A stretch of DNA of 64,000 nt, taken from the sequence record NC_031127.1, one strand, 5' to 3'. The translations under genes were made by a program, and so were the position numbers. The notes under the pieces were generated by a model, which saw only the letters and a program-made list of their open reading frames with translations, was not told the DNA's origin and made no database searches. The first letter of the stretch is position 1; every line of letters begins with the position of its first letter. This document shows positions 1 to 9,115 of this stretch, in pieces.

Positions 1-28
1 TAAGGAAGATAATCACTACGAAGCCACA

Positions 29-853
29 ATGACCGCGAGCTTCGAATATGACCGCCCGGAAGAAGTCGGGTGTGTCTATCCGTACATCATCAATCAGACA
101 CCGTTGCCGGATGCCTACTTCCCGCAAATCGATCCGCCGTGGATGGAAAACGAAGACGGTGTCGAACGCAGCGAAGTGCAGACATCCTTTGACGGTACGT
201 GGTGGCAGAATGAACGCCGTCAGTTGATTCGACTGCCTTACCTGTTGTGTCCACCAGAACAACTCCACCGTGTCCATTCGCCGTTAGAGGCAAAGCTTCT
301 GCGGATGTTCGGTACCGATGTGTGTTTCGGTGAGGAGAACATGTCGAACCCGGTGGTGATGTCAACCTCTGACTTGCCGTATGAGTGGAACCCGGTACTG
401 CTGCCGTACATCGAGCACTGCCGCACGATTGACCCGACGGGGATGACGGGTGTGTTCCGTACCGAGCTGTTTGAAAACGGTTTACGTATCGAACCCCGGT
501 TGTACCACTGGCAGGATGATGAGTTCTCCTTAACCCGTGAGATGGATGTGCACAAAGCCTACTTCCTGACCGAGTCAGTGATTTACGACTGGCGGGGATT
601 AGACCTCTGGCCGCTCCAGAAATACCCGAAGGCCGCAGAGCTGCTCATCAAGTGGTTGTTCCCGAATCTGGACTTCCCGGATTGGTGGTGGGACTTACCG
701 ACGCTCCCGCCGAGTGCGTGGGAAGAGATAGAAGACAAAACCACCCAAGACGAGACCGGTGCAGGCACCAACCGCAAGCATTTGCTACTGACTGTCTTTA
801 ACACCACCATCATTGCAATACGAGGTACTTCGAATGCTGCAAGCGAAGGGTAA
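29..853 (+). CDS. Hypothetical protein, first gene of a structural operon
   Basis: 274-aa ORF; stop overlaps the start of the next gene; no recognisable motif. Confidence 0.75.
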   Translation: MTASFEYDRPEEVGCVYPYIINQTPLPDAYFPQIDPPWMENEDGVERSEVQTSFDGTWWQNERRQLIRLPYLLCPPEQLHRVHSPLEAKLLRMFGTDVCFGEENMSNPVVMSTSDLPYEWNPVLLPYIEHCRTIDPTGMTGVFRTELFENGLRIEPRLYHWQDDEFSLTREMDVHKAYFLTESVIYDWRGLDLWPLQKYPKAAELLIKWLFPNLDFPDWWWDLPTLPPSAWEEIEDKTTQDETGAGTNRKHLLLTVFNTTIIAIRGTSNAASEG

Positions 854-2165
854 GGGTAAAACCACATTCGAGCCGGTTAAGACGGAACCCGAATACCTGA
901 ATCAAGCTCAAGACGGCGTCAAGGAAAAAACCAACATCGTCACAGAGCCCACCAGAACGACCGTAGTCGATTTAGAGCGTACGCCTGCCGTTAACCTGCT
1001 TCCTGTCGTTGAAGGCTCCTCGTGGCCGCTGCTGGCGTATTATCGACGGTTAATGGGCAAGAACGACCCGAAGATGCTGTTCGACCCGAAACAGGACACG
1101 CCGGTACAGCAATACGACTGCATCCACTATCTGGAGCTGCGGGTTAACAGTCCCTTGTCGCGTGACCAAGACGGGGGCAACAAAACCTTCACCATGTCGG
1201 GCAGTGCCACCATGGCCACGTCCGTGGTACCGAACGAAAACGATATCTTCACGGCCTCCCTTGGAGATAACCGTGTCGGTATCTTTAACGTCACCACTAC
1301 CACCCGTAATTCGAACAACAAGGTTGCCACCTATTCCATTGAGTACACCTTACTCTTTGAAATGTCACCTGCCCACAAAGCCATACTGGACAAGTGTACG
1401 GCGCATGAGTTCTATTACGTTAAGGAACGTGCGTATACGGGTGGTGACACCTTACTCACCCCGAACGAGTACAACGCGTACTTGGCACTCGGTGAGCATG
1501 TCAAGGGGATTGAGGAGACGTACCTGCGTCGTTTCTTTAACGAGGACGCGCAAACGATTCTCTTCCCGGATGACCGTTACGGGTATGCCTACGATGTGTT
1601 CTTGGCGCAGTTCGTCCGGGACATTGGCCTGCGTATGGTGGGTAAAGATGTGCGTATCTATCCGCACCCAACCAAACCGATTCGTGATATCGAAACGCTG
1701 TTCACGGTCATCATCGCCCAACAACCCCTGTTCCTGCAAGATGTCAATCGCAAGAACAAAGGGTTGTCGGTGCGGTCGTTCCGTACCATGCAGACGTACA
1801 ACAACGTGGGTTGGTCGAAGATTGCAGTAACGCGCTACTTCTCTGACGATGCGCCGTTGCGTCAAATGCCTGCGGAATGGCCGAAGTTCGATGACTTTAC
1901 CAGCATAGATGTGTTGCTGGAAGGCTCGAACGAAACGGTGCCGGGCTTCCTGCCGTTAACGTACACGCCATACCTGCTGACTGACGTGTTTTACAACGGC
2001 GGATACAGCTCCGGGCTGGAGTACGCACTACAGCAGTACCTGAACAAACAACCGCTTTCCACAAAGCTGGCGCTGGATTTGGCGAAGCAGGTTCACAAGC
2101 TGCCGAAGACCGCGCAACTGTATTACGTACCACTGGTGTACGTATTGTTGAAATACGCGAGGTAA
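834..2165 (+). CDS. phiKZ-like virion structural (tail/baseplate) protein
   Basis: ORF track 813..2165, ATG at 834 preferred; segment PNENDIFTASLGDNRVGIFNV resembles conserved phiKZ-like tail proteins (recall, unverified). Confidence 0.6.
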   Translation: MLQAKGKGKTTFEPVKTEPEYLNQAQDGVKEKTNIVTEPTRTTVVDLERTPAVNLLPVVEGSSWPLLAYYRRLMGKNDPKMLFDPKQDTPVQQYDCIHYLELRVNSPLSRDQDGGNKTFTMSGSATMATSVVPNENDIFTASLGDNRVGIFNVTTTTRNSNNKVATYSIEYTLLFEMSPAHKAILDKCTAHEFYYVKERAYTGGDTLLTPNEYNAYLALGEHVKGIEETYLRRFFNEDAQTILFPDDRYGYAYDVFLAQFVRDIGLRMVGKDVRIYPHPTKPIRDIETLFTVIIAQQPLFLQDVNRKNKGLSVRSFRTMQTYNNVGWSKIAVTRYFSDDAPLRQMPAEWPKFDDFTSIDVLLEGSNETVPGFLPLTYTPYLLTDVFYNGGYSSGLEYALQQYLNKQPLSTKLALDLAKQVHKLPKTAQLYYVPLVYVLLKYAR

Positions 2166-2168
2166 GGC

Positions 2169-2711
2169 ATGAGCACGCAGAACAAGACTGCGGCATTCCA
2201 CCTGTTCCATTCGTGGGTCGGGTGGCGTATCCCGGAGTATTCTACCCTGACCGCGTATGCGACGCAGGAGTATGGTTTGTTTCTTCCTGAGGACAAACAG
2301 AAAGCCCGTGCTATCCTGTTGAACAAAAAGTTCGTGATGTACCGCCCCTTCGAGATTGCCCAGTATCTGGCAACCGGGGGTGCGTTGGACATTAACGATC
2401 CGCAAGACGGGATTAAAGTGTACGGCTGGATAATGGAGCACTTGGCAAACTGGATTAAACACATCGAGACGCCACAGCTGATCCCACAACCTATCCCCAT
2501 CGTGGGGCTGCGTGAATTCAACGTGCTCGCCAACAAACTCTTCCCCGTGGCAAACCGTTATGGTTACTTCAAAAAGCCCGAAGCCACCATGGCGGATGCA
2601 GTTGCGTCGTTGTTCGGGGAAGTGAAGTTAACGCAGCAACAACACCGGTTTAACGATACGCTGATTAAACGCATCGAAGCCGGGTACCGTAAACGTGGAG
2701 GTAATCGGTAA
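2169..2711 (+). CDS. Hypothetical conserved jumbo-phage protein
   Basis: 180-aa ORF tightly coupled to both neighbours (TAAGG SD; stop overlaps next ATG). Confidence 0.7.
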   Translation: MSTQNKTAAFHLFHSWVGWRIPEYSTLTAYATQEYGLFLPEDKQKARAILLNKKFVMYRPFEIAQYLATGGALDINDPQDGIKVYGWIMEHLANWIKHIETPQLIPQPIPIVGLREFNVLANKLFPVANRYGYFKKPEATMADAVASLFGEVKLTQQQHRFNDTLIKRIEAGYRKRGGNR

Positions 2712-4015
2712 TGGCCTATGGTCGCTTTCAACAGATTGTAAACTACCACATCGCGCAAGCGGCCGGATTGCCTCCCGTCGAGTACAACGCGGTGGTCACC
2801 GTGAGAGGGATTCCCCTGACGGTGATTCGTGTGCACTCCCTGATACACTCCGGGAACTTCTTCGAAGACATCACGACCCTGACCCATTTGACGTTGGTGG
2901 TGCCGTTCTCGCAGATGCGTATCGCCACCGCAAATTCCGACGGGGACTTAAAGGTGCAGATTACCTTGCGTAGCGCCAACCGCTTACTCGCCACGTACGC
3001 GTATCGCGGTATCGTGGTAAACAACCGTGACCCGGACATGGAAGCCCAAACCATGTTCTCCGGTCAGTCGGATGAGAAAGCGATTGCCTTCGTCACCTTC
3101 GAGCTGATGGATGAGTCCATCTGGTTCTTGCGTCTGCGTAACGTCAAGGTACGTCACCAAGAAACGGACGCCTTAACAGTCGCCCGTGCTATCTTGGCAG
3201 ACACGCTGCCTGACTCGTCCAACGAAGGGGAAGTCTTGTCGCTTGCCTACGAGAAAGAAGAACAGCAACTTTACCGTAACATCATTCTGCCGGACAGCAC
3301 GACCTTTATGGAAGTGTTTGATCAGTTGCAAGAACGTTATGGTATCTACAGCAAAGGGTTGGGTGTCTACCAACATTTGCGACGCTGGTATCTGTATCAA
3401 TTGTGGGACGAGGAGAAGTTCAACACCGCAACCGAGAAGGTGGTCATCTATAACCTTCCCCGCGAAAAGGCAGCCCAGATAGACAAGACCATCCACATCA
3501 CGCCGGGTGTTCTCTACCTGATTACCGGTGGGGACACCACTACCGTCGTGAAGACGGACGAGAACGCCCTGAATCAAGGGACGGGTTACCGTGTCGGTTC
3601 TATCCGTGCATTGGATAACCGTGCGTCTTCGTTTACACCGGGCGGTGTCAGTATGACCACACCAGACAAATTCGTTTCACAAGCTAACCCGGTGGACTAC
3701 GCCGGAAAGGTGACGAATGCGCCGGTGGCCAAACAAGGCTTTACCGACAACGACAAGCCGCTTCGTGCGAAGCTCGCCCGCTCAACCGGCACCTTTATCA
3801 AGGTGACGTGGAACCGCGCTGCACATGGTCTCATTAAGCCGGGGATGGCGGTGAAGTATGTCTATGCCAATGAGTACGGCATTTACAGTCGCTACGGTAC
3901 CGTTGTAGGTGAGGTCTTCCAAGCCGGTCTGGACGGTGGGTCGATTGCTACAGCGAACCACAATACCCAATCAGAACTTACCCTCTGGTTAGGGAAACAA
4001 AAAAATACAGCATAG
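2711..4015 (+). CDS. Putative virion structural protein (baseplate hub-like)
   Basis: 434-aa beta-rich ORF in the structural operon; hub assignment is inference. Confidence 0.5.
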   Translation: MAYGRFQQIVNYHIAQAAGLPPVEYNAVVTVRGIPLTVIRVHSLIHSGNFFEDITTLTHLTLVVPFSQMRIATANSDGDLKVQITLRSANRLLATYAYRGIVVNNRDPDMEAQTMFSGQSDEKAIAFVTFELMDESIWFLRLRNVKVRHQETDALTVARAILADTLPDSSNEGEVLSLAYEKEEQQLYRNIILPDSTTFMEVFDQLQERYGIYSKGLGVYQHLRRWYLYQLWDEEKFNTATEKVVIYNLPREKAAQIDKTIHITPGVLYLITGGDTTTVVKTDENALNQGTGYRVGSIRALDNRASSFTPGGVSMTTPDKFVSQANPVDYAGKVTNAPVAKQGFTDNDKPLRAKLARSTGTFIKVTWNRAAHGLIKPGMAVKYVYANEYGIYSRYGTVVGEVFQAGLDGGSIATANHNTQSELTLWLGKQKNTA

Positions 4016-4052
4016 TGCCGTTCTATGTTAACGTAACCATAAGGACTTTGTA

Positions 4053-4850
4053 ATGAACTCAGTTTACGCCCTCCGCCTACCTGGACAACTTATCCAGGAG
4101 ATTGAAGCCCACGAACAGAAAAACTTTAGCCGCCCGTCGAACCTGTGGGATCGCATCGTTAAAGTTTTACCGCGTGACGGCGAAATCGCACTGTTGTACG
4201 TCATGGCGTCCAGCCTTGATGCCAACGTGGCTATCATTTATACCCAAAATGGTGTGGAGCAATGTCGTCAGCTGCCGATTAGTGAAAAAGGCTCTCTGGG
4301 CCAACTGCTGTTCCTGCACTGCATGACCACCCTCCCGGTCTGGTCTGCGCTGCGTGGCCAGTACGATTTCGAATACATCTACTTCTACGGCCAGAAGCTG
4401 TCCAACGACATCATCGTTGGTGATCAGTCGACCTACCCGCGTTATGTTGAACGTATCACGCCGCAAGACACCGCTGATGCCGGTGACTACGAATTCAACA
4501 TGTTCCGCTTCCAGTTGGTCGGTGAATCCCGTGACCCGCAGAACACCGTGGCCCTTCGCGCTGCGATTCGTTGTGTGGCTCGCTCAACTACCCGTGAGCT
4601 GTCAACCAACATCAACGAAATCTTCCCGGTGCTGCAATACGGCCCGCTGATCACGTTCAACTCCTACGTGCCATTCCCGTGCCAGATTCTGACGCCGTAC
4701 GATAACGAGTGCACACTCGGTGCGGCGAAAGAATACGGTCTGCATGCGCAGGACGCTGTGATTGCCATCAGTGATGAACGTATTGTCATCAACGCACTGC
4801 AAGGTGTACAGGCCATGGACGTTCCGCCAATGACCGTGATGGGGCAATAA
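4053..4850 (+). CDS. Hypothetical protein
   Basis: 265-aa ORF, SD TAAGGA, followed by a terminator. Confidence 0.75.
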   Translation: MNSVYALRLPGQLIQEIEAHEQKNFSRPSNLWDRIVKVLPRDGEIALLYVMASSLDANVAIIYTQNGVEQCRQLPISEKGSLGQLLFLHCMTTLPVWSALRGQYDFEYIYFYGQKLSNDIIVGDQSTYPRYVERITPQDTADAGDYEFNMFRFQLVGESRDPQNTVALRAAIRCVARSTTRELSTNINEIFPVLQYGPLITFNSYVPFPCQILTPYDNECTLGAAKEYGLHAQDAVIAISDERIVINALQGVQAMDVPPMTVMGQ

Positions 4851-4860
4851 AGAATAAGAA

Positions 4861-4900
4861 GCTGACCTCCTTGTGAGGTCAGCACTTTCTATTTCTTTCT
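4861..4900 (+). terminator. Intrinsic terminator
   Basis: gctgacctc-cttgt-gaggtcagc stem followed by a T-rich tract. Confidence 0.7.
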
Positions 4901-5015
4901 CTAAACAGAGAAACAACAGGACAACATCATTTATCGTTTATTGTAATAAAAACGCTCTACGTGCGTTACAGAGCGTTTAAATGCCATATCTGGCTCACTC
5001 GTAGTAAAAATAATC

Positions 5016-5044
5016 TCAGATATATATTACCTAGGTGAGAGTTG
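5016..5044 (+). promoter_or_regulatory. Early promoter motif, copy 1
   Basis: tcagatatatattacctaggtgagagttg; contains TATATTAC (phiKZ early consensus); identical 29-mer at 52565. Confidence 0.8.
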
Positions 5045-5083
5045 TACAATAATCCTTAACTAATTACATATCTGGAGATACCT

Positions 5084-5263
5084 ATGAATACTTTAGAACG
5101 TATGGCTGCTGCACGTAAAGCTCGCATGTCCGAAAACAACCCACACGGTTATCAGTCAGAACAACTGCGCCACTCCGATGCAGTTCTGACTCGCAGCATT
5201 AACGAAGGCAAGAAAGTTGACGATGTACTGGCCAGCGCCATGGACCGTCTGAACAAATTCTAA
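5084..5263 (+). CDS. Small early protein, 59 aa (not in ORF track)
   Basis: Manually translated MNTLERMAAARKARMSENNPHGYQSEQLRH...MDRLNKF; SD GGAG; directly downstream of the early promoter. Confidence 0.8.
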   Translation: MNTLERMAAARKARMSENNPHGYQSEQLRHSDAVLTRSINEGKKVDDVLASAMDRLNKF

Positions 5264-5299
5264 TTCTACCATCTCTAATCGACTATCGAGGACTACATC

Positions 5300-5437
5300 A
5301 TGTTCAAACACAAACGCGCTATCCTGACCATCGTTGCAATCATGGCCTTCGGTTCACTGTACTTATCTGTTTCTACTGACTACGACACCTGCCGCGCTAA
5401 CGGAAACTCCGTTAATCTGTGCACCGGTCGTGGTTAA
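5300..5437 (+). CDS. Small early membrane protein, 45 aa (not in ORF track)
   Basis: MFKHKRAILTIVAIMAFGSLYLSVSTDYDTCRANGNSVNLCTGRG; SD GAGG; one hydrophobic segment plus a Cys pair. Confidence 0.75.
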   Translation: MFKHKRAILTIVAIMAFGSLYLSVSTDYDTCRANGNSVNLCTGRG

Positions 5438-5443
5438 TCCAAT

Positions 5444-5472
5444 AGGTAGCCTTCGGGCTACCTTAATTTTTT
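5444..5472 (+). terminator. Intrinsic terminator (cUUCGg loop)
   Basis: aggtagcc-ttcg-ggctacct followed by T tract. Confidence 0.8.
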
Positions 5473-5493
5473 GTTTACACAAGGACTATCAAG

Positions 5494-6210
5494 ATGACCC
5501 TGTTATTGAATCGCTTCGACCTGTCACCCCGTTACCCAACTTTACGTCATGACCCTAAACTGATTGCCGAAGTGGAAGACATTCGCTTGGCGGTATCCGA
5601 AGACCCGAACGGCGAAGACAAGATTTTCGTGGTCATTTATAAAGGTCAGGTTATCTCTGGCGTCTCTTTCAGTAAGCCCAGTTATCCGCGTGATGAAGAC
5701 AACCAACGTGAGCAACGTAACGCGGCATACACTGCGCTGAGTTATGCCTCATCCCACCTGATGGCAGTTACCCCCATCTTTGCAGAGCGTGCGGTGCTGG
5801 TAGGTCAGATGGTCGCGTTGTACACCCTGACTAACATGGACGAATTCTACAACGACGATCGTATTACGCAACGCCTGCAAGAAGACCCACGTAAAGCCCA
5901 CAACGCCTCTGACTGCAAGCTCGATGCCTTAGCGCTGTTGTCTGAGCTGTATCACGTTTGCCCCACCTTTGACAATAACGGCATCGTTGCCCAGTACGAA
6001 AACGTCAAACTGAACGTACTGACCTTGTGGGGAATTGAAAAGATTCGCTACAAGCTGACCGCCAAAGGTGGCACGTACGAACTGACTGCATATGTCGATG
6101 TCGGCTTCGAAGAAGACAGCCGCGACACGGTTGACAATTTTATGTCGCAGTTTGAGTTCCCGCTGCAATCCATCCCTGTTGACCAGAAAGAAGAAGGAGA
6201 AGACGAATAA
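5494..6210 (+). CDS. Hypothetical protein
   Basis: 238-aa ORF, SD AAGGA. Confidence 0.75.
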   Translation: MTLLLNRFDLSPRYPTLRHDPKLIAEVEDIRLAVSEDPNGEDKIFVVIYKGQVISGVSFSKPSYPRDEDNQREQRNAAYTALSYASSHLMAVTPIFAERAVLVGQMVALYTLTNMDEFYNDDRITQRLQEDPRKAHNASDCKLDALALLSELYHVCPTFDNNGIVAQYENVKLNVLTLWGIEKIRYKLTAKGGTYELTAYVDVGFEEDSRDTVDNFMSQFEFPLQSIPVDQKEEGEDE

Positions 6211-6602
6211 TGCGAAAGAGTCGTCTGTTACTGGCGTTAAAGTTTTTGTTTAAAGGTAACATTTTTAAGTGTCGTCACCGTATGGGACGTGTGAAGGATT
6301 TCCTGTACGGCCCAAAGAAATACCACCTCACAGAGCCACGTTGCCTGTGGGATGAGACACTCGACCACAAGTTCCGTGTGGTACGCTACCGCAGGGTATA
6401 CTGCTGGTACGGAAGACTCTACTCACCATTTCGTCGGACTCACCACAAAGGTCTGGAGTTGGAAAACGGGGTCATCGTGCCCCATGAAACCATCGCAGAT
6501 TATCTGGCAGCCCTGAAAAAGGCTGATGTAGTGTTTCCGCAATTAGTTGCGAACCTGAGAAAGGCGACCGACGAGTTGTGTAATTCACGCATCGAAGCCT
6601 AG
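6210..6602 (+). CDS. Hypothetical basic protein
   Basis: 130-aa ORF coupled to the previous gene by TAATG overlap. Confidence 0.7.
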   Translation: MRKSRLLLALKFLFKGNIFKCRHRMGRVKDFLYGPKKYHLTEPRCLWDETLDHKFRVVRYRRVYCWYGRLYSPFRRTHHKGLELENGVIVPHETIADYLAALKKADVVFPQLVANLRKATDELCNSRIEA

Positions 6603-6608
6603 TTGTAC

Positions 6609-6645
6609 CCCCAATCTCTTCGGAGGTTGGGGTCTTTATTTATTT
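6609..6645 (+). terminator. Intrinsic terminator (UUCG loop)
   Basis: ccccaatctc-ttcg-gaggttgggg followed by T tract. Confidence 0.7.
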
Positions 6646-6716
6646 TCGCAAAGAAAATAAAAGTCGGTTACTCCCCCGGCAAGGAGAGTAACCTTAATCA
6701 CATTGGAGTGACCAAT

Positions 6717-6860
6717 ATGAACAACTTTGTAAACCACTTACTGGCGCAAAAGAAGCGCACTGAGCAATACAACCAACGTGTGGCCGAGGTGCAACGCGCC
6801 CCAGCGCCGCGCTCACGGCTTAAAGGCTTAGGGGGTGAAATAGTATTCACTAAACGGTAA
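6717..6860 (+). CDS. Small hypothetical protein, 47 aa
   Basis: MNNFVNHLLAQKKRTEQY...; SD GGAG; 3' part of track ORF 6603..6860. Confidence 0.65.
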   Translation: MNNFVNHLLAQKKRTEQYNQRVAEVQRAPAPRSRLKGLGGEIVFTKR

Positions 6861-6877
6861 TTGATAAGATAACTAAC

Positions 6878-6903
6878 CTAGCCGGTGTTACAGCACCGGC
6901 TAG
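6878..6903. terminator. Hairpin between convergent genes
   Basis: ctagccggtg-ttacag-caccggctag, 10-bp stem. Confidence 0.55.
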
Positions 6904-6995
6904 TAATCCCACCATAGTAAGACGCTTATTTTTTTTGTCTCGGCAGGACACATAACTGCCCCTGCTGGAGACCGAAGTCTCCAGCTGAGTTAGGC

Positions 6996-8561
6996 TCAGA
7001 ATAAATCGTCGCCCATGCCACCGGTAAAGTGGTTGATAGAGGATGCCGTCACGGTCATCTCTTTGTCGCAATCCCAAGGTAGGATGCCAACGTCTGCAAA
7101 CGGTATAACAGTGTAATGATGTTTCTCATTGGTATCAATGATGGTACGGTGTTTACCACGTTGCACTTCTAAGAAGCTGTGACCGTTGACCACACGCTTG
7201 TTGAAGTACACCTCACCATCGGCTTCGTTATCCAGACTCGTACAGTTATCGTACAAGCCACGACCGGGCAGGTTCTTACAGAAGCCAACCGGGTCTACCG
7301 CTTTCAGACGTTTCCCTTCTGGAGAAATCTGGTGCGGTGCTAACAGGAAACCGTGGTTACGCACGACCTGAATGTTTCGGGCCATACGGTAAATCTCTTT
7401 GATGTCACTGCCTGCAATCCCGTTACCGTGTCCCGCTTTGTTGATGGTGCCAAGGTAGTCGGCACGAATCCCAACAACGTGGAAGCCGTCACGTTTGTAG
7501 TCAGTGATAAGGTCGTTCAGGTAATGCACTTTGAAATCGGTGTTCGTGTGTTTCTCAAACGAGTATTCCCACCCGTTCGCACGAATCTTACCAATCAGAT
7601 AATCAGCCATTTGCTGAACATGAGCAGCACGTTCTTCATCGGTGGCCGTCTCAGGCAGGGTCATTACCGGTGCAGCACCTTCAAAGTGACCGTAGATAGC
7701 CTGATAAGCGTAAGCGATGTTCACGTCCAGTTCGTTCTCAAGACTCAAGTCCAGAATCAATGGAGCCAAGTTACCTTTTACGTTCGCCATGACTTTTTCC
7801 GGTGTGTTAAACAACGGAACCGAGATAGCGGTCAAGAGACTAAACAGAGACTTACAGTTAAATGGCAGCGCAGGCATGAGCCACAATTCTTCGGTAATCC
7901 CTTTGTTACACCCCATCATTTGATTGATGGCTTTCCAACCGGTCTTCAAACCGTTACCGGCAACCTTACGGTTAATGTCGCTGAACGTCTTCACAAACGG
8001 TGCTCGGTCTGTGGTAATCAGCTTGTTCACCTGTGAAGGAATCTTATTATGAGAACGTTCACCGAACGTGGCCATCGATCCCGTCAGATCTTTCAGCGCT
8101 GTCTGGAGGTCAACGCGGGTTTCTGTTCCGTTCAACACGCCGAGTGTACGACCAAGGTATTGCTTTAACTGCACGCCTTGGATTGCCTGACGCAATTGGA
8201 AATAATATTGGGAGAGGGTTTTGTTCAGATAGTCGATACGTTCTTCTTCGGCTTCCGGCAATTCCTCAGCATCCATGAATTTCACAATCACATCGTATAG
8301 AGGGCGTGTTTGCGTGGTTGCCAGTTTCAAGCGCTTCATGACATTGGTGTGGTTGTATTCCATACCACCGTCGATGACTGATGTTATAATGTCTTTGATT
8401 TCAGCTAATGCCGAGCGCTCGTCACCTTCTTCGACGTAATCGGGGAGCTTGACCTCGTGGAGCACTTTTCTTATGACGTCATGATCTTTATCGGGCTCAG
8501 ACAGAAGGCTCTCTGCGTATAAGGCGGCTAAGGCTGTTATCAACATCATTTTACTATTCAT
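6996..8561 (-). CDS. dnaB: DnaB-like replicative helicase, phiKZ type
   Basis: LKTGWKAINQMMG, variant Walker A ALPFNCKS, LSLENE, ADYL, PHQIS, VQRGKHR; 521 aa; next to the capsid gene as in phiKZ-like genomes. Confidence 0.85.
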   Translation of the reverse strand: MNSKMMLITALAALYAESLLSEPDKDHDVIRKVLHEVKLPDYVEEGDERSALAEIKDIITSVIDGGMEYNHTNVMKRLKLATTQTRPLYDVIVKFMDAEELPEAEEERIDYLNKTLSQYYFQLRQAIQGVQLKQYLGRTLGVLNGTETRVDLQTALKDLTGSMATFGERSHNKIPSQVNKLITTDRAPFVKTFSDINRKVAGNGLKTGWKAINQMMGCNKGITEELWLMPALPFNCKSLFSLLTAISVPLFNTPEKVMANVKGNLAPLILDLSLENELDVNIAYAYQAIYGHFEGAAPVMTLPETATDEERAAHVQQMADYLIGKIRANGWEYSFEKHTNTDFKVHYLNDLITDYKRDGFHVVGIRADYLGTINKAGHGNGIAGSDIKEIYRMARNIQVVRNHGFLLAPHQISPEGKRLKAVDPVGFCKNLPGRGLYDNCTSLDNEADGEVYFNKRVVNGHSFLEVQRGKHRTIIDTNEKHHYTVIPFADVGILPWDCDKEMTVTASSINHFTGGMGDDLF

Positions 8562-9114
8562 GGAGCATCCTTCAATGCGAATTCGTTTTAGCCCTGCATG
8601 GGAAGTTCAACCTAACATAGATAAAGTAGCCAGCGTTAAAAAGTTGGAATTACTCCAACCGCTGTTCTTTAACTGGTTATATGACTGTGCTCCTGTTGCA
8701 TTCAGTTCAAAGCTGTTGCCGGACTGCTCGCGTGAAACCATCTACAAATCGTTGATGGCACCTCCGCTGCTTCCAGTTAAATATTATGACCAGGTGTTTG
8801 ACTTGGTTAGACAAGGTTCGAAAGAGTCCCTTTCCGATTTATATGGGGAAGCTTTCACCGAACAGTTACGCTGGGCTTTTGTCCAACGTAACGATGTTAT
8901 AGTGGCGTCTCTAGTTGAAGCGAAGGCCGGACATCCGGGTTTCACCCTCAGCGACGAACGCGCCGCGAAAAAGACGTTCTGCGCAGAACTTTTTAAATAT
9001 GTGCGTACCAAGACTCGCGTCGTGGATGATTCATTCAGCACGTCTACGCAGTTTGCTGCTCATGAAGTGCTGACGCAACTCTACGCATGTCATTTATCAC
9101 ACAAGGTAACTTGA
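8560..9114 (+). CDS. Conserved hypothetical protein upstream of the capsid gene
   Basis: 184-aa ORF; start may be 8575; stop abuts the capsid ATG. Confidence 0.7.
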   Translation: MEHPSMRIRFSPAWEVQPNIDKVASVKKLELLQPLFFNWLYDCAPVAFSSKLLPDCSRETIYKSLMAPPLLPVKYYDQVFDLVRQGSKESLSDLYGEAFTEQLRWAFVQRNDVIVASLVEAKAGHPGFTLSDERAAKKTFCAELFKYVRTKTRVVDDSFSTSTQFAAHEVLTQLYACHLSHKVT

Positions 9115-9115
9115 A

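Noticed and set aside
4020-4030. TATG late-promoter motifs upstream of several genes (also near 22567, 25237, 38760 and 55416)
   Set aside because: A 4-nt motif is too frequent to call without TSS data
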